Shown here one piece after another: positions 26,601-36,200 of a DNA stretch of 64,000 nt (within the stretch, counting starts at the first letter, position 1; each line of letters opens with the position of its first letter). The stretch lies in the NCBI GenBank assembly GCA_000002435.2, contig CM018791.1. One strand, 5' to 3'. Source of the DNA: Giardia intestinalis (lineage: Eukaryota). The notes beneath the pieces are model-generated. The model saw nothing but the letters and a program-made list of their open reading frames with translations, was not told the origin of the DNA and searched no databases. The translations under genes and the position numbers were made by a program.

Positions 26601-29047
26601 AGGAAGAAAAGAAAATGCGCATCCAAGCGGCAGACGACCTTTTGAAAAAGCGTGCTCAGGAGGAAGAGGACCGACGTCGTGCTGAGATAGAAGCAAAGAT
26701 CAAGGAGGAGCAGGATCGTGTTGCAGAGGAGCGCCGACTCCAGGAAGAGATGATAGCGCTCCAAAAGAAGCAGCAGCAAGAGTATGCAGAGCAGGAGACT
26801 AGGAAAGCAGATCTTCTCCGTGAGGCCATGGAAAAGGAGCAACTAGAGCGAATTGAGGAGGAGCAGCGCATAAAAGCAGAGGCACGACGACGCCTAATCG
26901 ACGATCTGGAGGCCACAGCTGAACGCGCAGCCGCCGAGGACCGGATACGGGTTAAGGCTGAGTTGGAAGAAATGGCCAGGATCAAAAAGGAACTGGAGGA
27001 GGCTGCCCGGACGGCCAGCGAAGAGAAGCGAAAGCTTCTTCTACAACAGAAGGAGCAATTGGAAAGAGAAATGGCCGAGACAGCAAGACGACACGAGGAA
27101 GACGTGGCGCGTAGGCACAAGGAGCTGCAAACTCTTCATGAGGAGCGGCGGAAGATGCGCGAACAACGCTTAGCCAGCTCAGAACCGATGGATGAGCTTC
27201 TTCGCGAAGATGGCAACGATGCCTCTGCCGATCCGTTCTCATATGCGTCTCTGGACATTGAGCGCAGAATCAGGGAAATGAAAGCCCAGTTAGAGAAGGA
27301 GATGACCGAAAAGATGGCCCTAGAGCACGCTGACCTCAATGCTCTAGAGCAGGAGTTGGCTGCTAAGAAGCTGTCGACCTTACAAGCAGAACGACTCTTA
27401 AGCACGGCTGCAAGCGATACAGTGGCACGGCTCGATAACGAGGATCGTCTCTTTAACGAAGCAATGGATGCCAAGCGCCAGGAGCTGCTTCTTTTGAAAG
27501 AACAGTATGGACTCGTGCGTCACCAGAACGAAAGTCAGCGCGCCTTGCACCTAGAGGAGCAGAGAAAGGCTAAGAAGTTAGCGAGGTTAGTCGAACAAGT
27601 TGCCGAGCTAGCCGAGAAGAAGCACAATTTAGAAAGAAAGATTGCCCATGGAAACAAAGAGTTTCACAAGAAAGAGAGCAAGCTGGTGGCTTCTAACAGC
27701 AAAGGCGCACTCAAAGCGTTGAGAAAGGAGCACGCTAAGGAGCACGAGGCGTTGGAGACGCAGCTCTCTAGCGTCTCAGAGCAGTTACGCAGAGCAAAGA
27801 AGCAGCTCAAGGTACTTAACCCCCAGGGAGAGACTTCTGATATGGACCGATCTCTTAGTGTCAAAGACTATTTGCGCTCCACAGATCGGAGTGAGAAAGA
27901 GCAAGAAGTGTCCGCTGCAGATAAGGACCATTCCCAGCCGCGTCTGTCCGTCTTCGAGGGAGGCTCTCTTGGCCAACCTTCGTTGGTAAGCGGCCATGGA
28001 ATTGGAACAGCGATGTCAACAGGTGTGGACCACGGAGATGGAGGGAGAAAGCAACATGCATCCAGTGACTTGCCTGTAGCGCTGCAGAAGCTGAGAGAGG
28101 AGCACGCTCGCAGGCTTGAGAAGATTGAGCAGCGACGAGCAGCCTTTGCTTCGGAAAGGGAGCAGCTTCAAGCCCAGGCACACGCGCTCGAGGCTCAGCT
28201 TTCCAAGCCCGTCAACGTTCCTGATTCTAAGCTACGCACCAGAGAGCAGCGCAAGCAGATCATTTTCGCAGAGATGAATAGAATGGAAAAGCTGTCGAAG
28301 GCACACATGGTTGAAGTTAAGCCTCAGATCCCAGAGAAAACAATCGATGACATTCTTAACGAACGCCGCAAACGACACGGGGAGGAGCGTGAGCAACTAA
28401 AGAACATGGCAGTGCGCTTTACATCTGCGTACGATCGGCATTCCCGGGTCTCTGTTAACATGGACAGCAGCGACGACGAATGGAATGACCTAGCTGCACG
28501 GACCTCCTCACGTTATGCAGATATTTCTGCTAAGCCACGCTCGATGCAGGCGCAGGTCCGCCAATTTGCATCTGATCGGATAGATCCTGCCTTCAATAGC
28601 TACATCGAGGCCCCTGTGCGACCTGGCTATGAGTCCTCTCTCCTCTCGTATGTGAAGGTGAGCTCTGACCCTACTACGTGCCACCCGACCAAGTTTGTGG
28701 CTCGGCTCACTGCACACACCTGGTGCATTGAGCAGAAGAGCAAGCCGTATGTGGTCTATACGTTTACAATCAGCACAGAGAAGGGTGTCTTTGAAGTAGC
28801 GAAGCGCTTCTCTGAGCTGCGTGAGCTGGACAAGGCGCTCCGTCGCGTTTTCCCAACAGTTACTTTGCCCAAGTATCCGTCGTCTATGGGAGGGAAGTTT
28901 ACTGATGAACAACTGGAGGAGCGGAAGCGGCTCCTTGGGCGCTATATGAGCCAGCTGAATCAGATCGCGGTCATTAGAACAAGCCAGGTGTACAAGGAGT
29001 TTATACAGATGAAGGTGAGACACGATATCCTTGTATATCACCGGTGA
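23612..29047 (+). CDS. Large PX-domain protein (1811 aa): acidic disordered region with 13 (D/E)(D/S)(M/L)FGF motifs, about 700 aa of E/R/K-rich coiled coil, and a C-terminal PX domain
   Basis: PX domain YVVYTFTISTEKGVFEVAKRFSELRELDKALRRVFPTVTLPKYPSSMGGKFTDEQLEERKRLLGRYMSQL. ATG behind ttaaaaaaaagtgtctgacggATG. Repeats counted directly (see the repeat feature). Confidence 0.85.
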   Translation: MEDIAYTDGYAAQYGDNYAYDGYGYGGDLAVGDYNPYGTDYGYDAGGYDYGAGYGGYGNQETGYGDQTYGYGEPAEQPQDSLSLKLDEPKPFTEQDDGRSLVVRTDAASVSMDPFSAPIDTVTEPIGSQTHTSSAFPPVSQDLLNSIRVQQETSGNLSKSPSKISSRPASARLDELDKVIEEDAEQLNREAKTDTHVTGAAPDTSDMFGFTDQPAAPTATEEPVATAGDDMFGFGLESDAHDATVQPPVEDAGPALPDKEAPSTEAEDDMFGFATSPQETIASPPAGSTAPAAEPVDDMFGFTDPAVESAATAEPGTMEGDDMFGFGPSESTPKDPDTDASAVAKDVTVDAQDAADDMFGFDGAGSPAEAPAQSTEAVASPVADLETDSMFGFDSPPAPADNTTTVPVDDSADDLFGFGPSTLDAQGEPAQDAQPDIQDVAQVSADSMFGFDLPADASATVEPSTTGLATEKPEDSPVDDMFGFSPNEAAATAKSDEDQEITPVNTKTLDEPLSVANDYTQPTAGPSDDMFGFGNSADLPQTDSVPHSGATADSMFGFDSVPATGASVEPPTETPELHDASQTQPTLDMPTIPEHIPTIEDNQTDLSHESQNESQVASEESDQLRETNETLEGEEMNKELAQEPAVEDMFGFGDASAPVEDSSTEKATESHPTEPPNLADLPPPVSASSLLPVQTLESAKQSARAATTPVADMAIDIDSMISAALVPQQPSPAPEQKVEDQVLDESSPNVITAELPPIVVKGSLEEANDKSAAESQHEPVELSEDRDLSKDIELVAQDPLPAEEDTQDIFVEPAVPVEALERLAISETFIKLQEELQFTYLMPEPNREELDKLQMTDHEQQLIQLKDEAERLQRENKVLAGRSAAPRHLHPNEFDSKSISVSFFEGLLNEPTHSDGISLTTGEELRLLAILEQGDYEALDALHGMSPEELQLMEQREREFNLKLKELTDRRDELLYKDDTEALKLIEEEIWAFVDAEEEKKMRIQAADDLLKKRAQEEEDRRRAEIEAKIKEEQDRVAEERRLQEEMIALQKKQQQEYAEQETRKADLLREAMEKEQLERIEEEQRIKAEARRRLIDDLEATAERAAAEDRIRVKAELEEMARIKKELEEAARTASEEKRKLLLQQKEQLEREMAETARRHEEDVARRHKELQTLHEERRKMREQRLASSEPMDELLREDGNDASADPFSYASLDIERRIREMKAQLEKEMTEKMALEHADLNALEQELAAKKLSTLQAERLLSTAASDTVARLDNEDRLFNEAMDAKRQELLLLKEQYGLVRHQNESQRALHLEEQRKAKKLARLVEQVAELAEKKHNLERKIAHGNKEFHKKESKLVASNSKGALKALRKEHAKEHEALETQLSSVSEQLRRAKKQLKVLNPQGETSDMDRSLSVKDYLRSTDRSEKEQEVSAADKDHSQPRLSVFEGGSLGQPSLVSGHGIGTAMSTGVDHGDGGRKQHASSDLPVALQKLREEHARRLEKIEQRRAAFASEREQLQAQAHALEAQLSKPVNVPDSKLRTREQRKQIIFAEMNRMEKLSKAHMVEVKPQIPEKTIDDILNERRKRHGEEREQLKNMAVRFTSAYDRHSRVSVNMDSSDDEWNDLAARTSSRYADISAKPRSMQAQVRQFASDRIDPAFNSYIEAPVRPGYESSLLSYVKVSSDPTTCHPTKFVARLTAHTWCIEQKSKPYVVYTFTISTEKGVFEVAKRFSELRELDKALRRVFPTVTLPKYPSSMGGKFTDEQLEERKRLLGRYMSQLNQIAVIRTSQVYKEFIQMKVRHDILVYHR
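24227..25567 (+). repeat. Array of 13 in-frame copies of an acidic (D/E)(D/S)(M/L)FGF(T/G/D/A/S) motif, with spacing of about 25-40 aa
   Basis: SDMFGFT, DDMFGFG, DDMFGFA, DDMFGFT, DDMFGFG, DDMFGFD, DSMFGFD, DDLFGFG, DSMFGFD, DDMFGFS, DDMFGFG, DSMFGFD, EDMFGFG. The nucleotide core ga(t/c)ga(t/c)atgtt(t/c)gg(c/a)tt is itself conserved. Spacers are Ala/Pro/Glu/Asp/Ser/Thr-rich. Confidence 0.85.
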
Positions 29048-29053
29048 ATTGCG

Positions 29054-30175
29054 TTACGTCTCGTGTGACACGGACGTCTCTGGCTGGGAACCCTTCTGGG
29101 CGTATGAGACTTCACAAGTGGACTCATTGTCTTGTGCCTGGCAAACTCTTGAAAAAGCGGGAGTGTCGAGGGCCTTTGACTCTCCTGCCGTTGCGCGTGT
29201 GCTCATATACAATTCAGAGAATGAAGGGGCGTTGTAAATTGACGTTGTCTGGGGGTGTCCTGCTTCGGTGCGTTCATGGCGTCGCTGCGGTCTGTCAGGG
29301 CTGTTCAAGCTGGAGCCATCCCCGAGAGATGATTCGGCTGCTCGCCAGGGTTTGGCGGCAATGGAGGGCAAGACACCGACCGGCTTCTGGTGGACCATGG
29401 AGTCGCTGAGCATCTTGGTAGAGCTACCCGTGGACTTTGCCGAGCCAGACATCATTGTACGGGTGACTGACCTCTTCGGGGTCTTGTATATGAGCTTGAT
29501 CGGGCTTTTTCCGGGGGACGACATGCTCTGAATTGCCATCATCGATTCGCTCTTACTGTACTCATGCATTATCTCCGAACGGAAGTCGCTGAATTCCTGG
29601 ATGCTCTGCAGTGCAGGCTTTTCTGTGCACATGAGCATCGCCGGCGCCCGCGTGTTGAAATATTCTTCTTCCAGCTTTGCGATTGAGTGGGTAGGCTTAA
29701 TATTGGGAATAGGGACTTTCCGGGTAGGGTTGCTTGTAAGCTTAGTGCTTCGCGCCCTTTTCTCAGGATTTTTGCTCTGAATGGCAGCTATCCAGGCAGC
29801 AGTCAACTCTTGCTCTTCACGCATTCGCCTCTTCACAGCATTCATGGGCGAGCCTGTCTTGGAGTTGAGATCACAGTAATCGATGGGACGCTGTTGAACA
29901 AGAAGCCGCGCCTGGCTATACTCCCCCGCTCCCTTGGTTATCTCAGTTATCTTGCGGTATACGCGCTTATTTTCCTTATCTACCTGCCGCGCATTTTCGT
30001 GCTCCCGAAACGGGATGTGGTTGCTGGTGAAGCGACTGATGTGAGTATATTGTTTGGGGGCTGCGTTATCTACAGACGGCTTCAGTCGTGCCAGGCGCTG
30101 CTTATCCTTAAAGTCGCGCTCTTCTCGCCACTTCTTATCAAGAATTCGAGACGCCGTTGGAATGGCACGATCCAT
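29054..30175 (-). CDS. Hypothetical basic (K/R-rich) protein
   Basis: ORF 29054..30196. The ATG at 30175 (MDRAIPT...) lies behind cctaaaaATGg and is preferred to the ATG at 30196. No recognisable domain. Its stop lies 6 bp from the stop of the convergent PX gene. Confidence 0.5.
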   Translation of the reverse strand: MDRAIPTASRILDKKWREERDFKDKQRLARLKPSVDNAAPKQYTHISRFTSNHIPFREHENARQVDKENKRVYRKITEITKGAGEYSQARLLVQQRPIDYCDLNSKTGSPMNAVKRRMREEQELTAAWIAAIQSKNPEKRARSTKLTSNPTRKVPIPNIKPTHSIAKLEEEYFNTRAPAMLMCTEKPALQSIQEFSDFRSEIMHEYSKSESMMAIQSMSSPGKSPIKLIYKTPKRSVTRTMMSGSAKSTGSSTKMLSDSMVHQKPVGVLPSIAAKPWRAAESSLGDGSSLNSPDRPQRRHERTEAGHPQTTSIYNAPSFSELYMSTRATAGESKALDTPAFSRVCQAQDNESTCEVSYAQKGSQPETSVSHET

Positions 30176-30358
30176 TTTTAGGACTACAAAAAGCATTTAC
30201 CCCAGTGGGACATAGTTATCAATATATGCAACCAAGATATGCATCAGCAGGCTGTGTGTCTAGAGTAGTAGAAACTTGCAAGTGACAGAGTTGTCAGATC
30301 CCTCTGCCCCTGATAGATTTTAGAATCAATCAATGCTACAGATCTACTGCGGCACGCA

Positions 30359-33175
30359 TTAACTACGCACACTGGAAGGATGCATATAAGACTTAGCAGC
30401 ATATCCTGTATTGTAGGGAGGGTTTGATGGTGCCGCGTATAAATTATAGATGTTGTCATCTCCTGGACCCTGCAGAACATTTCCCACACGAAAACTGAAG
30501 GCTGGCTGTTTATATGAAGGATGAGGGATACGCGAAACGTGGCCCTCCAAGTTGGTTGTTGGTGGAAGATATGGTCCAGATGCTGTGGCCATCTGAACTG
30601 TGGATTGATGTACGGGCTGCTGCATTCCGTAAGAGCTATTGATCATGTTGCGAATTGGGTTGCTGGAATCTGGAGGCTCTATGTGGTGACTCTGGTCACC
30701 AAGAGAGTTACGTGTGGGTACACCTTGAGAGGACGCCATCTGCTGTGGAGAAGCAGGCGCATTGAAGGATGCTTCCACGTAAGAGATATTAGAGGCACTT
30801 GCAAAGCTACCTCCGCCTCCTCCTTGAGCATAGCCCCCAGAGACTCGTCTTCCAGCTGTCGGTAACAATACCTTCGTGGGCGAATTGCCAGCCAGCACAG
30901 ATGGGTCCGCTAGCAGAGAGACAGTGTCTGTTCCATAACTGTTAACATTGCTATCGATACTGGCTTCTATAATTGTATCTGTAGAAAATAAGTGAGGGTT
31001 GTGTTGTCTGACGCTGACAAACCCTTTAGACGGGCCCACCTTCACGAGAGCTCCCCTACCATTATCCTGCCTGACCATGTTCTGCGGAAGTGCCTGCTGG
31101 TTTCGAGAAGGTGAGCTGGTGACGTTGGTTGCAGCCTGTAGGGGTGAATGTGGGGAAATCGTTCGAAGCGGAGATAAAGATGAATCTCTCACAGTGTCCA
31201 CCTCAAACAGAGTCGGACTCACTCTTAGTGGAGATGACTGTATAGGTGAAGCAAGTGACTTAATTGTTGGAGAGTTTCTTGACCCTGCATCTGAATTCAT
31301 CATAGAACTTGCCAGAGGCTCTGTGTGTTGGAAGGCAGGAGAATTGCTGTAATCCTTGGCCAGGTCGTCATGCTCTCTAAAAAGATACTCTTGTTCGGGA
31401 TCCTGCTGCTGGCTCTTACTTGGGAGATCTACGTTGGGTTCATCTATTAATCCTCTCCACGGTGGAAGCTGCTTGACCTTTCCTGGCTTTGAGGGTAGTG
31501 TCAGTGCTTGAGATTTAGAGGTCCTCGTCTGCCTGATTCCCTGGCTTGAAGACCTGTGCAAGCCGTTTGGATCTGCATCTGCGCCAGTGTCATCATCATA
31601 CGATGCTACTGGCACCATGCTCCGTCTCTCAGCAGACTTTTGAGAGGCACCCTTTCCTTGCCTTTTCTCCTTCTCTGCTCCTCCTAAGTGCTCCTTCTGA
31701 CTTGCTATTATGCCCCGCGCTTGAGTTAAGAGTGCATTCTTATTGGATACTTCTGCTCGAAGCTTGTTGATCGTATTCTGCAAGTCTAAAACTTTAGACT
31801 CCTGTCTCAGCAGATCCTCCTGCATTACCTTGTACGATTTTTCCAGTTGCATGTAAGGAATCAAGTGTGGACTGGGGACTTGCTTGTTTTTCGCCTCGTC
31901 CAGCTCTGACAGTAAGCGCGTGCATCTCTTTTCTGATTCAAGTAGTTGGTCCTGCAGGAACACAATTTGCTTGTCTTTTTCAAGGACTTCCTTGGTGTCC
32001 TTCTTCTTCTTAGCTTGTTTCTTCTTACCTTGATCATCTGGAGCCGGTTGTGCAGCTGACTGGTCTGTGCTACTATCCTTGACTGCAGTAGCATGACTAT
32101 GTGCCAAAATCTGCTCGAGCTCATCTATTCTTAGCTGTTGCTGGGAGATCAAAGTAGCTGCTTTATCTAGCTCGGCTCTGCTGACTAGCTCGGCCTCCTG
32201 ATCCTTCGTCTTTGGTCTACTTTTAGAAACTTTAGCCGCCTCGCCAGCAGCTTGCAGTTGAACCAAGAGGCTTTCATTTTCCTTGCTTTTTAAATCCAAA
32301 TCGACTGTGAGCTTATTAAGCCTCGCCTTCAGGTCCAAGATCTCTTGCTCCATTAGTCCAGGATCTTTGTTGGATGACGTTAGCTCGGCACCCATAACGG
32401 TTACTGTGTCTGAAAATGTTACGCTGTTACTGCGACCAGGCTCGTTGCGTCTGCCAACCGACCCTTTGCGTGAGGTAGATATGGAGCTCTTCCTAACATC
32501 TAGAGACTCCGGTATCTGCTGTTCCTCTGTATGCTGTGCCTCACTTTTGGCCTCCTCAATGATACGCAGTTGCTCAGAAAACTTCTCGGTCGCCGCTATT
32601 GCAGATCCATATTTCTGTAATAATTTCCAACACTCTCCGCAATCTATAAATATAATATTATTCATTACATTCTCTAAGAATTTTGCTATTTCTATTCGTC
32701 CAAGGCGATGGGCCTCTTCTAGGACGGGGTATATCTGCTCTGGTGAGGGTTTGAAGTACAAGACAACGCACTGAACGCACTCTAAGGAATTTCCCTGCAG
32801 CGCATGCTCTAAAAGCCCATATCCTTTCGCATCAGTTTCAAAATCTGAGTACCTTACCAACAGTATGGCCGAGGAGAGCGCCTTAGCAGAGAGAGCTACC
32901 ATGAGAGGGGTTTCACCGTCTTTATTTTTCAGCTCTGCCTCATGCTCGGCTAAGTACTGTACAATGTCTACGTTGTTAGCTTGAGCTGCTATGTGTAACG
33001 CATAGTTTCCTAATGCATCGGGTTTCCTCTTCCACCTCTCCATATTCATCCTAACCCCAAAGGCGTCGCCCATACGCGCAGCCTTTATAAGAGGACTGTC
33101 CTCAATTTTCTGCTCTCCTCTGTATGGCCCGCGCGCTCTTCCAGAACGCCTCGGCGGTGAATCGTCAGCGTGCAT
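30359..33175 (-). CDS. Ankyrin-repeat + coiled-coil protein (protein 21.1-like) with an S/P/Q-rich C-terminal tail
   Basis: N-terminal repeats GNYALHIAAQANNVDIVQYLAEHEAELKNKDGETPLMVALS. Central heptad-rich segment (LKARLNKLTVDLDLKSKENESLLVQLQAAGE...). ATG behind ctaaaaatagcacgtttactgATG. Confidence 0.75.
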   Translation of the reverse strand: MHADDSPPRRSGRARGPYRGEQKIEDSPLIKAARMGDAFGVRMNMERWKRKPDALGNYALHIAAQANNVDIVQYLAEHEAELKNKDGETPLMVALSAKALSSAILLVRYSDFETDAKGYGLLEHALQGNSLECVQCVVLYFKPSPEQIYPVLEEAHRLGRIEIAKFLENVMNNIIFIDCGECWKLLQKYGSAIAATEKFSEQLRIIEEAKSEAQHTEEQQIPESLDVRKSSISTSRKGSVGRRNEPGRSNSVTFSDTVTVMGAELTSSNKDPGLMEQEILDLKARLNKLTVDLDLKSKENESLLVQLQAAGEAAKVSKSRPKTKDQEAELVSRAELDKAATLISQQQLRIDELEQILAHSHATAVKDSSTDQSAAQPAPDDQGKKKQAKKKKDTKEVLEKDKQIVFLQDQLLESEKRCTRLLSELDEAKNKQVPSPHLIPYMQLEKSYKVMQEDLLRQESKVLDLQNTINKLRAEVSNKNALLTQARGIIASQKEHLGGAEKEKRQGKGASQKSAERRSMVPVASYDDDTGADADPNGLHRSSSQGIRQTRTSKSQALTLPSKPGKVKQLPPWRGLIDEPNVDLPSKSQQQDPEQEYLFREHDDLAKDYSNSPAFQHTEPLASSMMNSDAGSRNSPTIKSLASPIQSSPLRVSPTLFEVDTVRDSSLSPLRTISPHSPLQAATNVTSSPSRNQQALPQNMVRQDNGRGALVKVGPSKGFVSVRQHNPHLFSTDTIIEASIDSNVNSYGTDTVSLLADPSVLAGNSPTKVLLPTAGRRVSGGYAQGGGGGSFASASNISYVEASFNAPASPQQMASSQGVPTRNSLGDQSHHIEPPDSSNPIRNMINSSYGMQQPVHQSTVQMATASGPYLPPTTNLEGHVSRIPHPSYKQPAFSFRVGNVLQGPGDDNIYNLYAAPSNPPYNTGYAAKSYMHPSSVRS

Positions 33176-33255
33176 CAGTAAACGTGCTATTTTTAGAATT
33201 TAATCAACTAGCAGCAGCAGAAAGCGGGCGTTCTGGGAATAAGTTTACACTAAGA

Positions 33256-36200
33256 CTAATGGTATAACAACGATAGACCAGTGGTGCACAATAGGCGATA
33301 AAATATAAATCCTAAATCCTCAATCCGTTGAAAAATCAAGGAATAAACTGTTGGTTTAGACCCTTTTATAATGAACAACAATGTGTTATCTGTCAAAATG
33401 GGGGTGAACTCTATCTCATAAGGAAGCCTCTTCACGTCTTTACACGAATAGACCAGCCGCTTATTGTATTTGAACGAAAAGAGCTTGCCATTATAAGTAA
33501 CTATAGCCGATCCTTGCTTCAGAGAGCCGTCCTCCTTGCAGTCACAGTCTACCCTGTAAGCTTTATCCGCACACACCCTCCTCCACATGAGGAGAGAGAT
33601 GTCCTTGTCCGATGCCCCTATTATTGTTGCATCTATCAGCCTGTCAACCAGGTTGGTTGCTCCGAATGACCCATCGGCTCGCACAATGACCCTGAGACTT
33701 GAGCCCAGGTCAAACGGGGTCACGCGGTAGACGAAAAGCTGGCAATAATCAAGCAGCTTGACGGGATTGAGCTTTATGAGCCCGGACTCGAAGAACACTC
33801 CATCTGCATAGGAACGAACTATAAAGACACTCATCCCTTGGTCTATAGCACCGTACACTTCAAACCCTAAGACGTCACCAACGACGTATGCCTCCTTCGT
33901 TACCCTCAGGCCAGTCACGTTGTTCTTAAAGGCCATCTCATTCTCAAAAGCGCGCGCACCCTTAACCGTCTCACTTGCTGACGACCCTCGATAAGATGGT
34001 GTAAGAGTGTTAATGGAAAGCTCGTGCTCTATGCTGTTGCGAACGGGTTCTAGATTCACCGAAGTAGACTCCAGAGGCTGAGCCACATAACCCTTTCGCG
34101 AGTCCAGCAGCTGGCTAAAAGACTGCGAGACAGAATCCAGCGATCTGATATCTGTGTTGTTGCTTTCGTTGGATGGAGCAATGGTAGGTCCTGGCATTAT
34201 CGCTGGCTCAATCCCGGAACACTCTGATTCTCGTTCGTGTGGGCCTTTCTCCATATTCTGCAGCTTGGTGGGCTGTGAGGGAATGCAGACAGCATTTCTG
34301 TCACCCAGTTCCTCCGATTCAACAACCACCTCTGTGCTTTCCACTAGGTCACTGTACAGAGCAGCTGGGTTAATAGAAGTTATAGGTATCTCTATTTCTC
34401 GCACACAAGTTGGCAGATCAAGTGGTTGGGGAGAAATAGCGAGTTCCGGAATAGACTCAGAGGTGCTCAACTTGTCGGATACCCGAGAGGGCTCAGAAGG
34501 CTCGCTGTTGGTGATGTTAGCGCTCTGCCTACTGCTTCTGCGCCTTTCCGGCCGCTGAATGTAGATATCATGCGCTATGTTCTGTGTCATATCCATTACT
34601 TCCACGGTCGAGGACGTCATATGGTGAGTCCCTAGCCTACTCCGGTTCTGGTTGTTCTGATGGACAGCCGTGTTTGTCATGACAACTATGGGACTCAAAA
34701 TACCCTTAGATGTAAGGATGTGGTCTCTGGCGGAGTTGCTAACTAAATCCTGATAGGACATGGGCCTGGAGCTGTTCTGAACGTTGTCGTCTGCGTCTAG
34801 TGAACAGTTATCTATGCAGCTGCTGGGAAACTCAAATTGTATTCTATCTTGCTTAACCTTTACAGCCGTAGAACCAGTGTGATCAGCGGGTTCATGGAAG
34901 GTGGTGTAGGACTCAGTGTAGTTGCTCTCCTGGAGAACAAGGCTCTTCGGGACTTCTGACGCACGCGACTGGTCAATCCGTGAGAGACGCTGCCGCGAGG
35001 CGATAATGTTCTTGCCCACGTCTCCATCCTCGGAGACATCTAGACTATTAGTGTCTGTTTTGGAGTCGTTGTACGCATTGATCATTACCCTAGAGCCTCT
35101 AGATGCATGCGGGTGAATGGCATTTAGCACAGTTGCTGGCTGCGAGATTTCTAACTTGATTCGGGATGAGTGTGGATCTGCGGCTGCGCTCGGTGCATTC
35201 TGGGCATCGAACTTTCCTGAACTCACTGCCAGCCGAAGCTGGTGGGCGATTTGCTCTAGGGCGTCTCGATTTTGATCGTCAGAAAACCGAGCTGACTTTT
35301 TGCCTGGATTCAAGGCAGCAGCCGGCGCAACATCTCCACCCCGGTGTTCCATATTCTGCCAAAGAGGTGATTGTGCCCCCGTCCGGTCAAAGTAGCCACC
35401 TCTAAAGGGAACTTTTTGGGAGGTAAATTCAGAGGTATGAGCTACCTTTGGCCCGTGGCTGTCATCATAATTGCAATATTCCTTATTTAAATTATGTGGT
35501 GGCGTAAAGGAACGAGGGTTCGTCCCTCTGGTCTCATGCCTCGACGAAGTAGAGCGGGCGCGTGGCGTCCTGGAAGAATTACGGCGCATGCTGTTAACAT
35601 AGAACTCTGCTCGGAGCGTCTTTTTCAACAAGGGGACTGCTGACATCGCGCTCTGATTATCCGAATACCGCTCTGCATCGTTGATGGGCACCGGATAAAG
35701 CAGTACTTCGCATACAATGAGAATAGACCCATATAGACGATACTGCTCTATAATAGAGCTCCTCAGATCAAAGACGCGGTCATTGTCGAACTCGGGAATG
35801 TATACTCTTTCGTTATCATCGAGTTCTTGGTACCAGTAAATTTCTAAATCAATTGGCACCAGAGACACTATGTTAAGCAGCGCATGTGAGGTATCGACCT
35901 TTTCCAATGCGCAGGTCTTGATGATCTGTTCCTCCTCGACGATAATCCGTGTGGATAGAAGGACAAACTTCTCTCCTATAACTCCATGATAGCTCACAGG
36001 GACTATCTCTGTTCTGAGAAACATATTTGCGTCGCAAAGTGCGGGCAAATACTCGCAAATGGAAGGCTGATCTGTCACACTGCCTTGTTTTATCTGCTCT
36101 AGCACACACGAGCAGGCGTCCGGCACAGCAGAGCATAGACACTGATCTTCAGAGTCATCGGAGATGCAGCTTTCTGAGACTGTGTTGTTCATGTACAGGT

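Noticed and set aside
26558-27474. Minus-strand ORFs (94, 154, 86 and 112 aa) inside the giant PX gene
   Set aside because: They are antisense translations of the E/R/K-rich coiled-coil region (Ser/Ala/Arg/Leu-rich). The + strand ORF of 1811 aa is uninterrupted.
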